A DNA stretch of 64,000 nucleotides from Eledone cirrhosa (Eukaryota): assembly GCA_964016885.1 (NCBI GenBank), contig OZ024749.1, positions 62,001 to 126,000 on the forward strand, written 5' to 3'. Shown in pieces: positions 54,072 to 64,000 of this stretch; position 1 is the stretch's first letter; each line of letters opens with the position of its first letter. Made by a program: the position numbers and the translations under genes. The notes below the pieces were generated by a model. It was not told the DNA's origin and did not search any database. It worked only from the letters and a program-made list of their open reading frames with translations.

Positions 54072-57000
54072 ATGAATATGAATCTGCGAGCTACCAAGCA
54101 CCCACGTGAAGCGCCAACCCAGAGACCCTCCCCTACGAGTGTCGACAAATGCCCAAAACTCCGAGTTGGTACCATCAATGTAGGCTCAATGAAAGGAAGA
54201 GCAGGAGAAATCGTAGAAATGCTAGAGCGAAAGGAAGTTGATGTATGCTGTGTGCAAGAGACTAGATGGAGAGGAGGGTCTGCTAGAGTCCTTGTAGGAA
54301 AAAGCCAGTGCTACAAATTTTTCTGGGTGGGAAATGACGATGGGATGGGTGGTGTAGGTATACTATTAGCTGACAAGTGGGTAGATAAAGTAATCTCAGT
54401 GTACAGGGTAAATGCAAGAATCATTAAACTCAGACTAGTCCTGAATAAGACAATTACCACAATAATATCAGCTTACGCACCCCAATCGGGGCTGCCAGAC
54501 GAACTTAAGGATAGGTTTTACGAGTCCCTAATACACACTACTGCTCTAACAGACGACAAGGACTTCCTAATCATTGCAGGAGATTTTAACGGACACGTAG
54601 GTAAACACTGCGACGGCTTCAATAGAGTACATGGAGGCCATGGAGTTGGCACAAGGAATGAGGAAGGATTCAGACTTCTAGAATTCTGCGACGCCAATGA
54701 CATGTCGATATGTAACACAAACTTTAAAAAACCCGACAACCACCTGATCACCTATAGATCAGGGGAGCACTCTAGTCAGTTAGATTTTATCCTCATCAGA
54801 GGACGTGACAGATGGACGGTCGTAAACACAAAAGCCTTCCCTAGTGAGGAATGTACATCCCAACATAGCTTAGTTGTCAGCGACCTCACGGTCAGAACTA
54901 GACGAGCCCTGAAACAGAGGCCAACCTGGAGAAAAAAGATCTGGAAGCTGAAAGTCCCCTCAACCAGTAACAGATTTAAAGATATTTTACTCAACGCCTA
55001 CGACAGTAAAGAAGAACAGATAGAGACATTTAACGTAGAAGAGAACTGGGAGTTCCTAAAAAATAACTTACTAGAGGCGACGGATGAGGTTTGTGGCTGG
55101 AGTAAGACCTCAAGCAGGAGGAGAGTGACTTGGTGGTGGAACAATAAGGTAGATGAAGCAGTCAAGGCCAAGAGACAGGCATGGAAAGAATGGAAGAACG
55201 GGGGGAGCAGGGTACATTACATAGAGACCAAGAGGGAAGCTAGGCGACAAGTATACTTAGCTAGGAGGGAAGCAGAGGATAGAAAATTCAAGCATGTTTT
55301 ACAACGTGAGGACCAGAAACAGGAGGTATTCAAGATTGCGAGGCAGTGTGTCAGAGATAGTTGTGATGTCATTGGAGAGAAGTGTATCCGGAATGATAAA
55401 GGTGAGCTTGCCCTCACAAGTGCTGAGAAGAAAGATGCATGGAAGAGTCATTATGATAGATTACTAAATGAGGAGAATGCATGGGAAGAAGAGACCCTAC
55501 CCCACGTAGACCCTATAGAGGGACCAGCAGTACAAGTCAGCGGCAGCGTAGTAAGTAAGGCAATCAGAGATATGAAGATAGGGAAGGCAACCGGTCCATC
55601 GGGTATAGCTGCCGAGATGCTGAAGGCATCTGGGTCTGTAGGTCACACTATAACCACACGTATCGTTAACCAGGTAATACTAGAGGGGGCCATACCAAAA
55701 GATTGGTGCAGTAGCATCATTGTCAACTGCTACAAAGGTAAAGGCGATGCACTAGATAGAGGAAACTATAGAGGTATAAAGTTGATGGACCAGGTCATGA
55801 AAGTAACAGAAAGAGTTATAGCACAGCTGATTAGGGACCGGGTGAATATAGACGAGATGCAATTTGGGTTTGTTCCAGGGAAAGGCACCACTGATGCGCT
55901 CTTCCTTGTGAGGCAATTACAGGAAAAGTACCTAGCTAAAAGTAAGCCACTCTACTTGGCATTTGTCGACCTTGAGAAAGCCTTTGACAGAGTTCCACGT
56001 GCAGTAATCTGGTGGGCTCTTAGAAAACTAGGAGTAGATGAATGGCTTGTGAAAGCGGTACAAGCCATGTATAGGGGAGCAGTCAGCAAAGTTAGGATTG
56101 GCAATGAGTATAGCGAGGAATTTAGCGTACAGGTTGGGGTCCACCAGGGCTCTGTTCTTAGCCCTCTCCTGTTCATCATAGTCCTGCAGGCAATAACGGA
56201 GGAGTTTAAGACCGGATGCCCATGGGAACTCCTGTATGCTGATGACCTCGCACTCATAGCTGAATCTATGGTAGAACTAGAGAATAAATTCCAAACCTGG
56301 AAGCAGGGACTAGAGAGAAAGGGCCTCAAAGTCAACATGACAAAGACTAAGGTCCTTATAAGTAGACGAGAAAACAGAACCCAGATCCCCTCAGGGAAAT
56401 GGCCTTGCTCAGTATGTAGGAAAGGTGTAGGTAGGAACTCCATTCTTTGCCCCAAATGCAAACAATGGGTACACAAGAGATGTAGCGGGATCTCAGGAAG
56501 CTTAATTAAGAATGTAGGATTCACATGCAGCAGCTGTGCTGAAACAGCAAGCAAACAGCCACAGGAAACAAGTACCACCAATCTCTGGGAGGGCCCTGTA
56601 GAAACAGTAGACAGCTTCTGCTACCTAGGTGACCGAATTAGCAACGGAGGTGGGTGCTCAGAAAGTACAATAACTAGGGTAAGAACGGGATGGAAGAAGT
56701 TTAGGGAACTACTACCACTGCTAGCTGCAAAAGGCTTCTCCCTCAGAATGAAAGGCAGACTGTATGATGCGTGTATCCGAACAGCGATGTTGCATGGTAG
56801 TGAGACCTGGGCGCTGAAGGTGGAAGACTTACGTAGATTAGAGAGAAACGAAGCCTGCATGCTCCGATGGATGTGTAACAGTAATATACGTGAACGACAA
56901 AGCATAAATGAATTGAGAGAGAGACTGAGCATAAGAGGAATCAAATGCTGCGTGCAGGAGAGGCGGTTACGCTGGTATGGACATGTGATGCGTATGAAGG

Positions 57001-57197
57001 ATGACAGCTGCATAAAAAGGTGCAGAGCACTAGAAGTTGATGGATACCGCGGAGTGGGGAGACCCAAGATGACTTGGGATGAGGTGATAAAAGCCGACCT
57101 TACCCAACTACACCTCTCAAAGTCAATGACACACGACCGTGACTTCTGGCGTCACGCAGTAATACAGGGTACCCGACCTCCCATGGGTACATGCTGA
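54072..57197 (+). CDS. RTE LINE protein, 1041 aa: APE endonuclease + reverse transcriptase with inserted PHD-type zinc finger
   Basis: TINVG, VQETRW, SAYAPQ, GDFNGHVG, QLDFIL, SQH; YRGIKL, QFGF, FVDLEKAFDRV, GVHQGSVLSPLLF, LLYADD, KTK, YLG; RLRWYGHVMRM, GRPKMTW; uninterrupted. Confidence 0.97.
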   Translation: MNMNLRATKHPREAPTQRPSPTSVDKCPKLRVGTINVGSMKGRAGEIVEMLERKEVDVCCVQETRWRGGSARVLVGKSQCYKFFWVGNDDGMGGVGILLADKWVDKVISVYRVNARIIKLRLVLNKTITTIISAYAPQSGLPDELKDRFYESLIHTTALTDDKDFLIIAGDFNGHVGKHCDGFNRVHGGHGVGTRNEEGFRLLEFCDANDMSICNTNFKKPDNHLITYRSGEHSSQLDFILIRGRDRWTVVNTKAFPSEECTSQHSLVVSDLTVRTRRALKQRPTWRKKIWKLKVPSTSNRFKDILLNAYDSKEEQIETFNVEENWEFLKNNLLEATDEVCGWSKTSSRRRVTWWWNNKVDEAVKAKRQAWKEWKNGGSRVHYIETKREARRQVYLARREAEDRKFKHVLQREDQKQEVFKIARQCVRDSCDVIGEKCIRNDKGELALTSAEKKDAWKSHYDRLLNEENAWEEETLPHVDPIEGPAVQVSGSVVSKAIRDMKIGKATGPSGIAAEMLKASGSVGHTITTRIVNQVILEGAIPKDWCSSIIVNCYKGKGDALDRGNYRGIKLMDQVMKVTERVIAQLIRDRVNIDEMQFGFVPGKGTTDALFLVRQLQEKYLAKSKPLYLAFVDLEKAFDRVPRAVIWWALRKLGVDEWLVKAVQAMYRGAVSKVRIGNEYSEEFSVQVGVHQGSVLSPLLFIIVLQAITEEFKTGCPWELLYADDLALIAESMVELENKFQTWKQGLERKGLKVNMTKTKVLISRRENRTQIPSGKWPCSVCRKGVGRNSILCPKCKQWVHKRCSGISGSLIKNVGFTCSSCAETASKQPQETSTTNLWEGPVETVDSFCYLGDRISNGGGCSESTITRVRTGWKKFRELLPLLAAKGFSLRMKGRLYDACIRTAMLHGSETWALKVEDLRRLERNEACMLRWMCNSNIRERQSINELRERLSIRGIKCCVQERRLRWYGHVMRMKDDSCIKRCRALEVDGYRGVGRPKMTWDEVIKADLTQLHLSKSMTHDRDFWRHAVIQGTRPPMGTC

Positions 57198-57506
57198 AGC
57201 ATATAAACAATATGCCCCCCCCCCCCCACCGCAAGGTGGTCGTGGAGGTGCCACGGCAAAAAAGCACCCAGCCCACACTGTAAAGTGGACGTGTAGGCGC
57301 CACGAAAAAGCACCCAGCACTCACTGTAAATGAGGTTGGTGTTAGGAAGGGCATCCAGCTGTAGAAATCAAGCCAGATCAGTTCCTGTATGAGCAAGGCA
57401 TGGTCAGCCGACCAGACACTGCCCACAACAGGACAACCCGTCTAACCCATGCTAGCGTGGAAGAACGGACGTAAAACGGTGATGATGATATATATATATA
57501 TATATA

Positions 57507-59429
57507 TCATCATCATCATCATCATCGTTTAACGTCCATATTCCACGCTTGCATGGGTTTGGACGGGAATTTTCCCACTTGAGGCAAGAGTGGTTGTCTT
57601 GCTCGCATAGGACTGTCTGGCGGGTTTTCTACAGCTGGATGCCCTTCCTAACACCAACCGCATTTACAGTGTGGGACTGGGAGGTTTTTACCGTGTTACC
57701 TACACGGCCACATTACTGCGTGGACTGTGTTTTTTTTTTTTGTCGTGACACCTACACGACCTCATTTGTTTCGGCCTGGATGTTGTGGCACCAACATAAC
57801 TTTACATTGAAAGGGGCGGTGTGGATGGGGTGGGGGTGTATTTTGTTAGAGGTGCCTACTGACTGTAGTAGGTTTTACTTTGTATCTAGGTAAGGCGGGT
57901 CTTCTCTATTACTGAGTACCGCCAAAGATCTCGGTCCAGTGACATTGTCTTGGAGAGGTGTAAGTGTGTGAGGTCGGAATTTATCAAGTCGTCCCAGGTT
58001 TTTCTGGGTCTGCCTACTCCGTGGCTACCGTCTATCTTTATTGCCCTGCATTTTTTTTATACAGCTGTCGTCTTTCATCCGCATCACGTGGACCATACCA
58101 ACGTAGTCTTCTCTCGAGTACACAACATCTGATCCCTCTTATTTCTAATTTTTCCCTTAGTTCGTTTATGCTTTGCCGTTCACATATATTACTATTACAC
58201 ATCCAGCGAAGCATGCAAGCTTCGTTCCTCTCTAGTCTGCGTATATCCTCTGCACACAATGCCCAGGTCTCACTGTCATGCAACATTGCTGTTCATATGC
58301 AGGCATCATACAACCTGCCTTTCATTTTTAGGGAGAACCCTTTAGCGGCTAATAGTGGTATAAGCTCTCTGAACTTTTTCCATCCAGTTCTGACTCTAGC
58401 TACTGTACTTTCAGAGCACCCTCCCCCACTGCTGATTTTGTCACCCAGGTAACGGAAGCTGTCCACTATTTCTATAGAACCCTCTGCGCAATTGAAAGAG
58501 CTAGTATTTTGTGGGCACTTGCTGCTACTTATTGCACCAGAGCACCGGCCACATGTAAAATCTATGTTCTTAGTTAGCTTACCTGTGATCCCACTACATC
58601 TTTTATGAACCCATACTTTGCATTTGGGACATAAAATGGAGTTTCTACCTACGCCTTTCCTACACACTGAGCATGGCCATTTCCCGGAAGGGACCGGCGC
58701 CTTATTTTCTTTCCTACAAACTAGAACTTTAGTCTTAGCCAGGTTAATTTTAAGGCCTTCTGATTCTAGGCCTTGCTTCCATGTTTGGAATTTCTTCTCT
58801 AGCTCGGCCATTGATTCAGCTATGAGCGTTAGATCATCTGCGTATAGGAGTTCCCATGGGCAGCCGGTCTTGAACTCCACTGTTATAGCCTGAAGGGCAA
58901 TAATAAATAGTAGGGGGCTAAGGACGGAGCCCTGATGAACACCAACTTTTACGCTAAACTCTTCACTATATTCGTTGTTAATTCTAACCTTGCTGACTGT
59001 TTCTTTATACATGGCTCGTATAGCTCTCACAAGCCATTCCTCAACACCTAGTTTTCTAAGAGCCCACCAGATAATGGAACGGGGGACTCTGTCGAAGGCT
59101 TTCTCCAAGTCAACAAAAGCTAAGTATAGGGGTTTACTTTTAACTAGGTACTTCTCCTGTAGTTGTCGTACAATGAAAAGAGCGTCTGTGGTACTTTTAC
59201 CTGACACAAACCCGAACTGCATTTCATCTAGATCAATTCTCTCTCTGATTAGTTGCGCTATTACTTTTTCCGTGACCTTCATGACCTGGTCGATTAATTT
59301 AATGCCTCTATAGTTACTCCTATCTAGGGCATCTCCTTTACCCTTGTAACAGTTAATGATGATGCTGCTACGCCAGTCCTTCAGAACAACCCCATTCTGT
59401 ATGACTTGGTTTACTATCCGGGTGACCAT
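57507..59429 (-). mobile_element. 5'-truncated RTE LINE (family of 18005-21510), tail-to-tail with the intact element
   Basis: Long RT frame within ORF 58293-59549 (YADD, PHD), premature stop at 58293, 3'UTR and (GAT)n tail at 57507-57527. Confidence 0.94.
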
Positions 59430-60249
59430 TACGTGTATACATCTGAAAATGTATATATGTATGCAAAGATATAAGTAAACATACATGTATACATATAGAT
59501 GGACAGTTATGCATATACAATAACTTATTTCTATACATACATATACCACAAGTAAGGCATGGTGCTGCCAACTAACCAGACCTCCCTCATAATGGACCAG
59601 CTAGATCCCAAAATACAGGCCTGCTTGCCAACACACAGTCCCAATAAGTGTAAGTTACAGCGCAGCTATCTGGACAGACTTGTCTTAAGACTACACACTA
59701 TCCCACTACATCTTTTGTATACTATATATATACTGTTTATATATATATATATACTATATATATATATACTGTTTATATATATATATACTATATATATATA
59801 TACTGTTTATATATATATACACACATATAATTGTGTATTCACACATTATCTTAGTAATGAAATAATTAATAATTTTAGTAAATTGTTCAAAATTCTTCAT
59901 TAACCCTTTTGGTAGAAACCCAGCCAAAATTAGTTCTCGTACTATGGAAATGGTTCCTATCTAAATTAAAGTCTTCCAACAAAATTCTATATAACAACCA
60001 TATGGTAAGTTACTATGTTAGTAATTAACTAACAATTGTGATAAATAGCTCAAAATTATTCATAATTAATTGAATTATAAGGTTCATAATTATAATAAAA
60101 TCTTCAAATAGGCTACGAAACCGGTAAACCTGAAAGGTACACAACACACACACATTGCTATAGCGTTTCACCAGCCCCTTCCTTCCTGAATTATTACAGA
60201 GATGTGTGTGTATGTAATAATTATTTGTATAATGTGTGTCTATTTATGA

Positions 60250-60990
60250 ATATGTATGAGTAGATGTGTGTGTGTGTATCACAGTAGATGTGTATGTAAC
60301 ACAGTAGATGTGTATATGTAACAGAGTAGATGTGTGTTTGCATGTAACTCAGTAGATGTGTGTGTGTAACACGGTAGATGTGTGTGTGTAACACGGTAGA
60401 TGTGTGTGTGTAACACGGTAGATGTGTGTGTGTAACACGGTAGATGTGTGTGTGTAACACGGTAGATGTGTGTATGTAACAGTAGATGTGTATGTATGTA
60501 ACACAGTAGATGTGTATGTATGTAACACAGTAGATGTGTGTATGTAACACAGTACATGTGTGTGTATGTAACTCAGTAGATGTGTGTATGTAACTCAGTA
60601 GATGTGTGTATGTAACACAGTAGATTGTGTGTATGTAACATAGAAGATGTGTGTAACACAGTAGATGTGTGTGTATGTAACACAGTAGATCTGTGTGTAT
60701 GTAACTCAGTAGATGTGTGTGTATGTAACACAGGTGTGTGTATGTAACACAGTAGATGTGTGTATGTAACATAGTAGATGTGTGTATGTAACACAGAAGA
60801 TGTGTGTGTATGTAACACAGTAGATGTGTGTGTATGTAACTCAGTAGATGTGTGTGTATGTAACACAGTAGATGTGTGTGTAACACAGTAGATGTGTATG
60901 TAACGCAGTAGATGTGTGTGTATACAACCCAGTTGATGTGTGTGTATGTAACACAGTAGATGTGTGTATGTAACATAGTATATGTGTATG
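60250..60990. repeat. Minisatellite, ~18-22-bp unit (GT)nATGTAACACAGTAGAT
   Basis: Direct inspection; dozens of variant copies. Confidence 0.95.
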
Positions 60991-61357
60991 TAACTAAAGT
61001 GTAACGTACGTTACAAATGGACGACAAAATGATTTTAACTTGTTTTTTAACAATTGATGGTGGAAAAGATTTTAAATTGTCTTAACTCAGACCATAAAGG
61101 GCCGCAACACATGGAGTCTGACACTCTTACCGGCTACATAGCCTGGGCGTCTATTTTACCGCGACCGGCTACATAGCATCTTCCTAAAATCTTCCAACAT
61201 AATTTTATACAAGAACCACATGTTAAGTTACTAATAAAATAATTAATAAATAAAAACATTAGTAAGTCCTTCAAATGATATCTCAGTAATGAAATAATTA
61301 ATAATTGTTATAAATACCTCAAAATTCCTCATTAATTAAACCTCATTAATTAATTAA

Positions 61358-61573
61358 GCCGCTGAAAAGTGCAACAGATGCCCTCTTCTTAGTGAGACAA
61401 CTACAAAAGAGGTTCTTAGAGAAAAATAAGCCACTATACTTAGCTTTGGACATAGAGAAGGCTTTTGATAGAGAACTCTTATAAATGACAACATATATAT
61501 ATGTGTGTGTATATATATGTTTTTTTTAAAACTATATATTTATTACTCCCTTAAGCAGAAGAAATATATTCCC
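61358..61573 (+). repeat. 216-bp copy of 45008-45223 from the 5.9-kb unit
   Basis: GCCGCTGAAAAGTGCAACAG...GAAATATATTCCC matches unit 3 at offset 16350. Confidence 0.92.
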
Positions 61574-64000
61574 TGCTGTATTAGCGATAAATTTTCGAGG
61601 GTTTCTCTTAGTAGCTTTTTCATGTCGTTAATATTATGATGTTCCCTGCTGTATTAGCGTTAAATTTTCCCTGCTGTATTAGCGATAAATTTTCGAGGGT
61701 TTCTCTTAGTAGCTTTTTTCATGACGTTATTATTGTTAATTTTACTGATGTAGTATTAACTTATTAACTTGGATATTTACCATGCGGTATTCTAATCCTA
61801 TTGTATCTCTCTCAGTTATTTACCATGCGACCCTCAGTTCCTACCCCCCCCCCCCCCCCCTCTATGCACTTCTTTAAGGCTTACTACCCTGTCTTTAACC
61901 TAATTCACTCAATCTGAAAATATTGAAGAGATAAGACACTTTGCCATTCTTCTCTGCTAAAATGTACCACTAGAGCTGATTCAAATTTTCCCAGCCAGCC
62001 ATCCACCTAATCTACGAAGGTATTTTAGCCTACATATTGTCGTTAATATTATGATGTTCCCTGCTGTATTAGCGTTAAATTTTCCCTGCTGTATTAGCGA
62101 TAAATTTTCGAGGGTTTCTCTTAGTAGCTTTTTCATGTCGTTAATATTATGATGTTCCCTGCTGTATTAGCGTTAAATTTTCCCTGCTGTATTAGCGATA
62201 AATTTTCGAGGGTTTCTCTTAGTAGCTTTTTTCATGACGTTATTATTGTTAATTTTACTGATGTAATTTTACTTGGATATTTACCATGCGACCCTCAGTT
62301 CCTACCTCACAATTTCCCTCCCCCCCACCCCCACACACCACCATAGTCTATTCGACCAATCAAACCTAGCATGCCATTTCCACTGCTGCTGCTGCTACTA
62401 CCTGCCTAACTAACTCTCTCCTCCTCTGGCGCATCCCAACACACCCTGCCATTACCCCACCACCACTGTCCTTCTAGCCCTCAATTTTCCCACCGTTAGG
62501 GATGGATGAGCTGGGAATACACGAGCAACTCTGAATCAATAGATGAATATGAATCTGCGAGCTACCAAGCACCCACGTGAAGCGCCAACCCAGAGACCCT
62601 CCCCTACGAGTGTCGACAAATGCCCAAAACTCCGAGTTGGTACCATCAATGTAGGCTCAATGAAAGGAAGAGCAGGAGAAATCGTAGAAATGCTAGAGCG
62701 AAAGGAAGTTGATGTATGCTGTGTGCAAGAGACTAGATGGAGAGGAGGGTCTGCTAGAGTCCTTGTAGGAAAAAGCCAGTGCTACAAATTTTTCTGGGTG
62801 GGAAATGACGATGGGATGGGTGGTGTAGGTATACTATTAGCTGACAAGTGGGTAGATAAAGTAATCTCAGTGTACAGGGTAAATGCAAGAATCATTAAAC
62901 TCAGACTAGTCCTGAATAAGACAATTACCACAATAATATCAGCTTACGCACCCCAATCGGGGCTGCCAGACGAACTTAAGGATAGGTTTTACGAGTCCCT
63001 AATACACACTACTGCTCTAACAGACGACAAGGACTTCCTAATCATTGCAGGAGATTTTAACGGACACGTAGGTAAACACTGCGACGGCTTCAATAGAGTA
63101 CATGGAGGCCATGGAGTTGGCACAAGGAATGAGGAAGGATTCAGACTTCTAGAATTCTGCGACGCCAATGACATGTCGATATGTAACACAAACTTTAAAA
63201 AACCCGACAACCACCTGATCACCTATAGATCAGGGGAGCACTCTAGTCAGTTAGATTTTATCCTCATCAGAGGACGTGACAGATGGACGGTCGTAAACAC
63301 AAAAGCCTTCCCTAGTGAGGAATGTACATCCCAACATAGCTTAGTTGTCAGCGACCTCACGGTCAGAACTAGACGAGCCCTGAAACAGAGGCCAACCTGG
63401 AGAAAAAAGATCTGGAAGCTGAAAGTCCCCTCAACCAGTAACAGATTTAAAGATATTTTACTCAACGCCTACGACAGTAAAGAAGAACAGATAGAGACAT
63501 TTAACGTAGAAGAGAACTGGGAGTTCCTAAAAAATAACTTACTAGAGGCGACGGATGAGGTTTGTGGCTGGAGTAAGACCTCAAGCAGGAGGAGAGTGAC
63601 TTGGTGGTGGAACAATAAGGTAGATGAAGCAGTCAAGGCCAAGAGACAGGCATGGAAAGAATGGAAGAACGGGGGGAGCAGGGTACATTACATAGAGACC
63701 AAGAGGGAAGCTAGGCGACAAGTATACTTAGCTAGGAGGGAAGCAGAGGATAGAAAATTCAAGCATGTTTTACAACGTGAGGACCAGAAACAGGAGGTAT
63801 TCAAGATTGCGAGGCAGTGTGTCAGAGATAGTTGTGATGTCATTGGAGAGAAGTGTATCCGGAATGATAAAGGTGAGCTTGCCCTCACAAGTGCTGAGAA
63901 GAAAGATGCATGGAAGAGTCATTATGATAGATTACTAAATGAGGAGAATGCATGGGAAGAAGAGACCCTACCCCACGTAGACCCTATAGAGGGACCAGCA
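61569..64000 (+). mobile_element. Second copy of the intact RTE family, starting inside the monomer array and running off the window
   Basis: Matches the first copy at offset 8471 from the poly-C tract onward; monomer boundary at 61939. Confidence 0.95.
62543..64000 (+). CDS. RTE LINE protein, N-terminal part (open to window end)
   Basis: ATGAATATGAATCTGCGA at 62543; appears identical to 54072-55529; probably missing from the ORF track because no stop lies in the window. Confidence 0.93.
   Translation, partial: MNMNLRATKHPREAPTQRPSPTSVDKCPKLRVGTINVGSMKGRAGEIVEMLERKEVDVCCVQETRWRGGSARVLVGKSQCYKFFWVGNDDGMGGVGILLADKWVDKVISVYRVNARIIKLRLVLNKTITTIISAYAPQSGLPDELKDRFYESLIHTTALTDDKDFLIIAGDFNGHVGKHCDGFNRVHGGHGVGTRNEEGFRLLEFCDANDMSICNTNFKKPDNHLITYRSGEHSSQLDFILIRGRDRWTVVNTKAFPSEECTSQHSLVVSDLTVRTRRALKQRPTWRKKIWKLKVPSTSNRFKDILLNAYDSKEEQIETFNVEENWEFLKNNLLEATDEVCGWSKTSSRRRVTWWWNNKVDEAVKAKRQAWKEWKNGGSRVHYIETKREARRQVYLARREAEDRKFKHVLQREDQKQEVFKIARQCVRDSCDVIGEKCIRNDKGELALTSAEKKDAWKSHYDRLLNEENAWEEETLPHVDPIEGPA

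Larger units (their letters stand above)
50983..57489 (+). mobile_element. Full-length, potentially active RTE-clade LINE (5' monomer array, unique leader, ORF, 3'UTR, GAT tail)
   Basis: Intact ORF; bounded by (TA)n on both sides; the array end and leader recur before the second copy. Confidence 0.85.

Noticed and set aside
54855-54870. SQH instead of canonical SDH at the endonuclease C-terminus, suggesting inactivity
   Set aside because: The same SQH occurs in the other RTE family here (ORF 20171-20740), so it looks like a lineage trait, not a lesion.
54518-57067. Antisense ORFs over the RTE and CRE coding regions
   Set aside because: Shadow frames of the real coding strand; no independent motifs.

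Overview
Eukaryotic, AT-rich, microsatellite-laden window made almost entirely of transposable elements and tandem segmental duplications; I see no host gene. The repeat families (RTE LINEs with (GAT)n tails, tRNA-head/CORE-like SINEs, Nin-like SINE pieces) resemble those of coleoid cephalopods such as Octopus; this taxon is my inference, not verified. Layout: ~3 near-identical 3.65-kb tandem units of RTE debris (1-10.8 kb); nested decayed elements (pogo/Tigger, Gypsy, Merlin, RTEs, a CR1/L2-group LINE, a TA-flanked MITE; 11-32 kb); ~3 tandem 5.9-kb units, each with a SINE, a decayed CRE-like RLE retrotransposon, a tRNA-like head plus hairpin, and an internally deleted RTE (32-50 kb); a fold-back region (49.8-51 kb); and an intact 1041-aa RTE LINE (54072-57197). 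This RTE has a C4HC3 PHD-type finger inside its reverse transcriptase and is preceded by a 2.85-kb hierarchical tandem-monomer array. The array end recurs in front of a second, apparently identical copy (ORF from 62543, running off the window). That element is the best candidate for an unusual system. Boundaries of decayed elements are approximate and read by eye.
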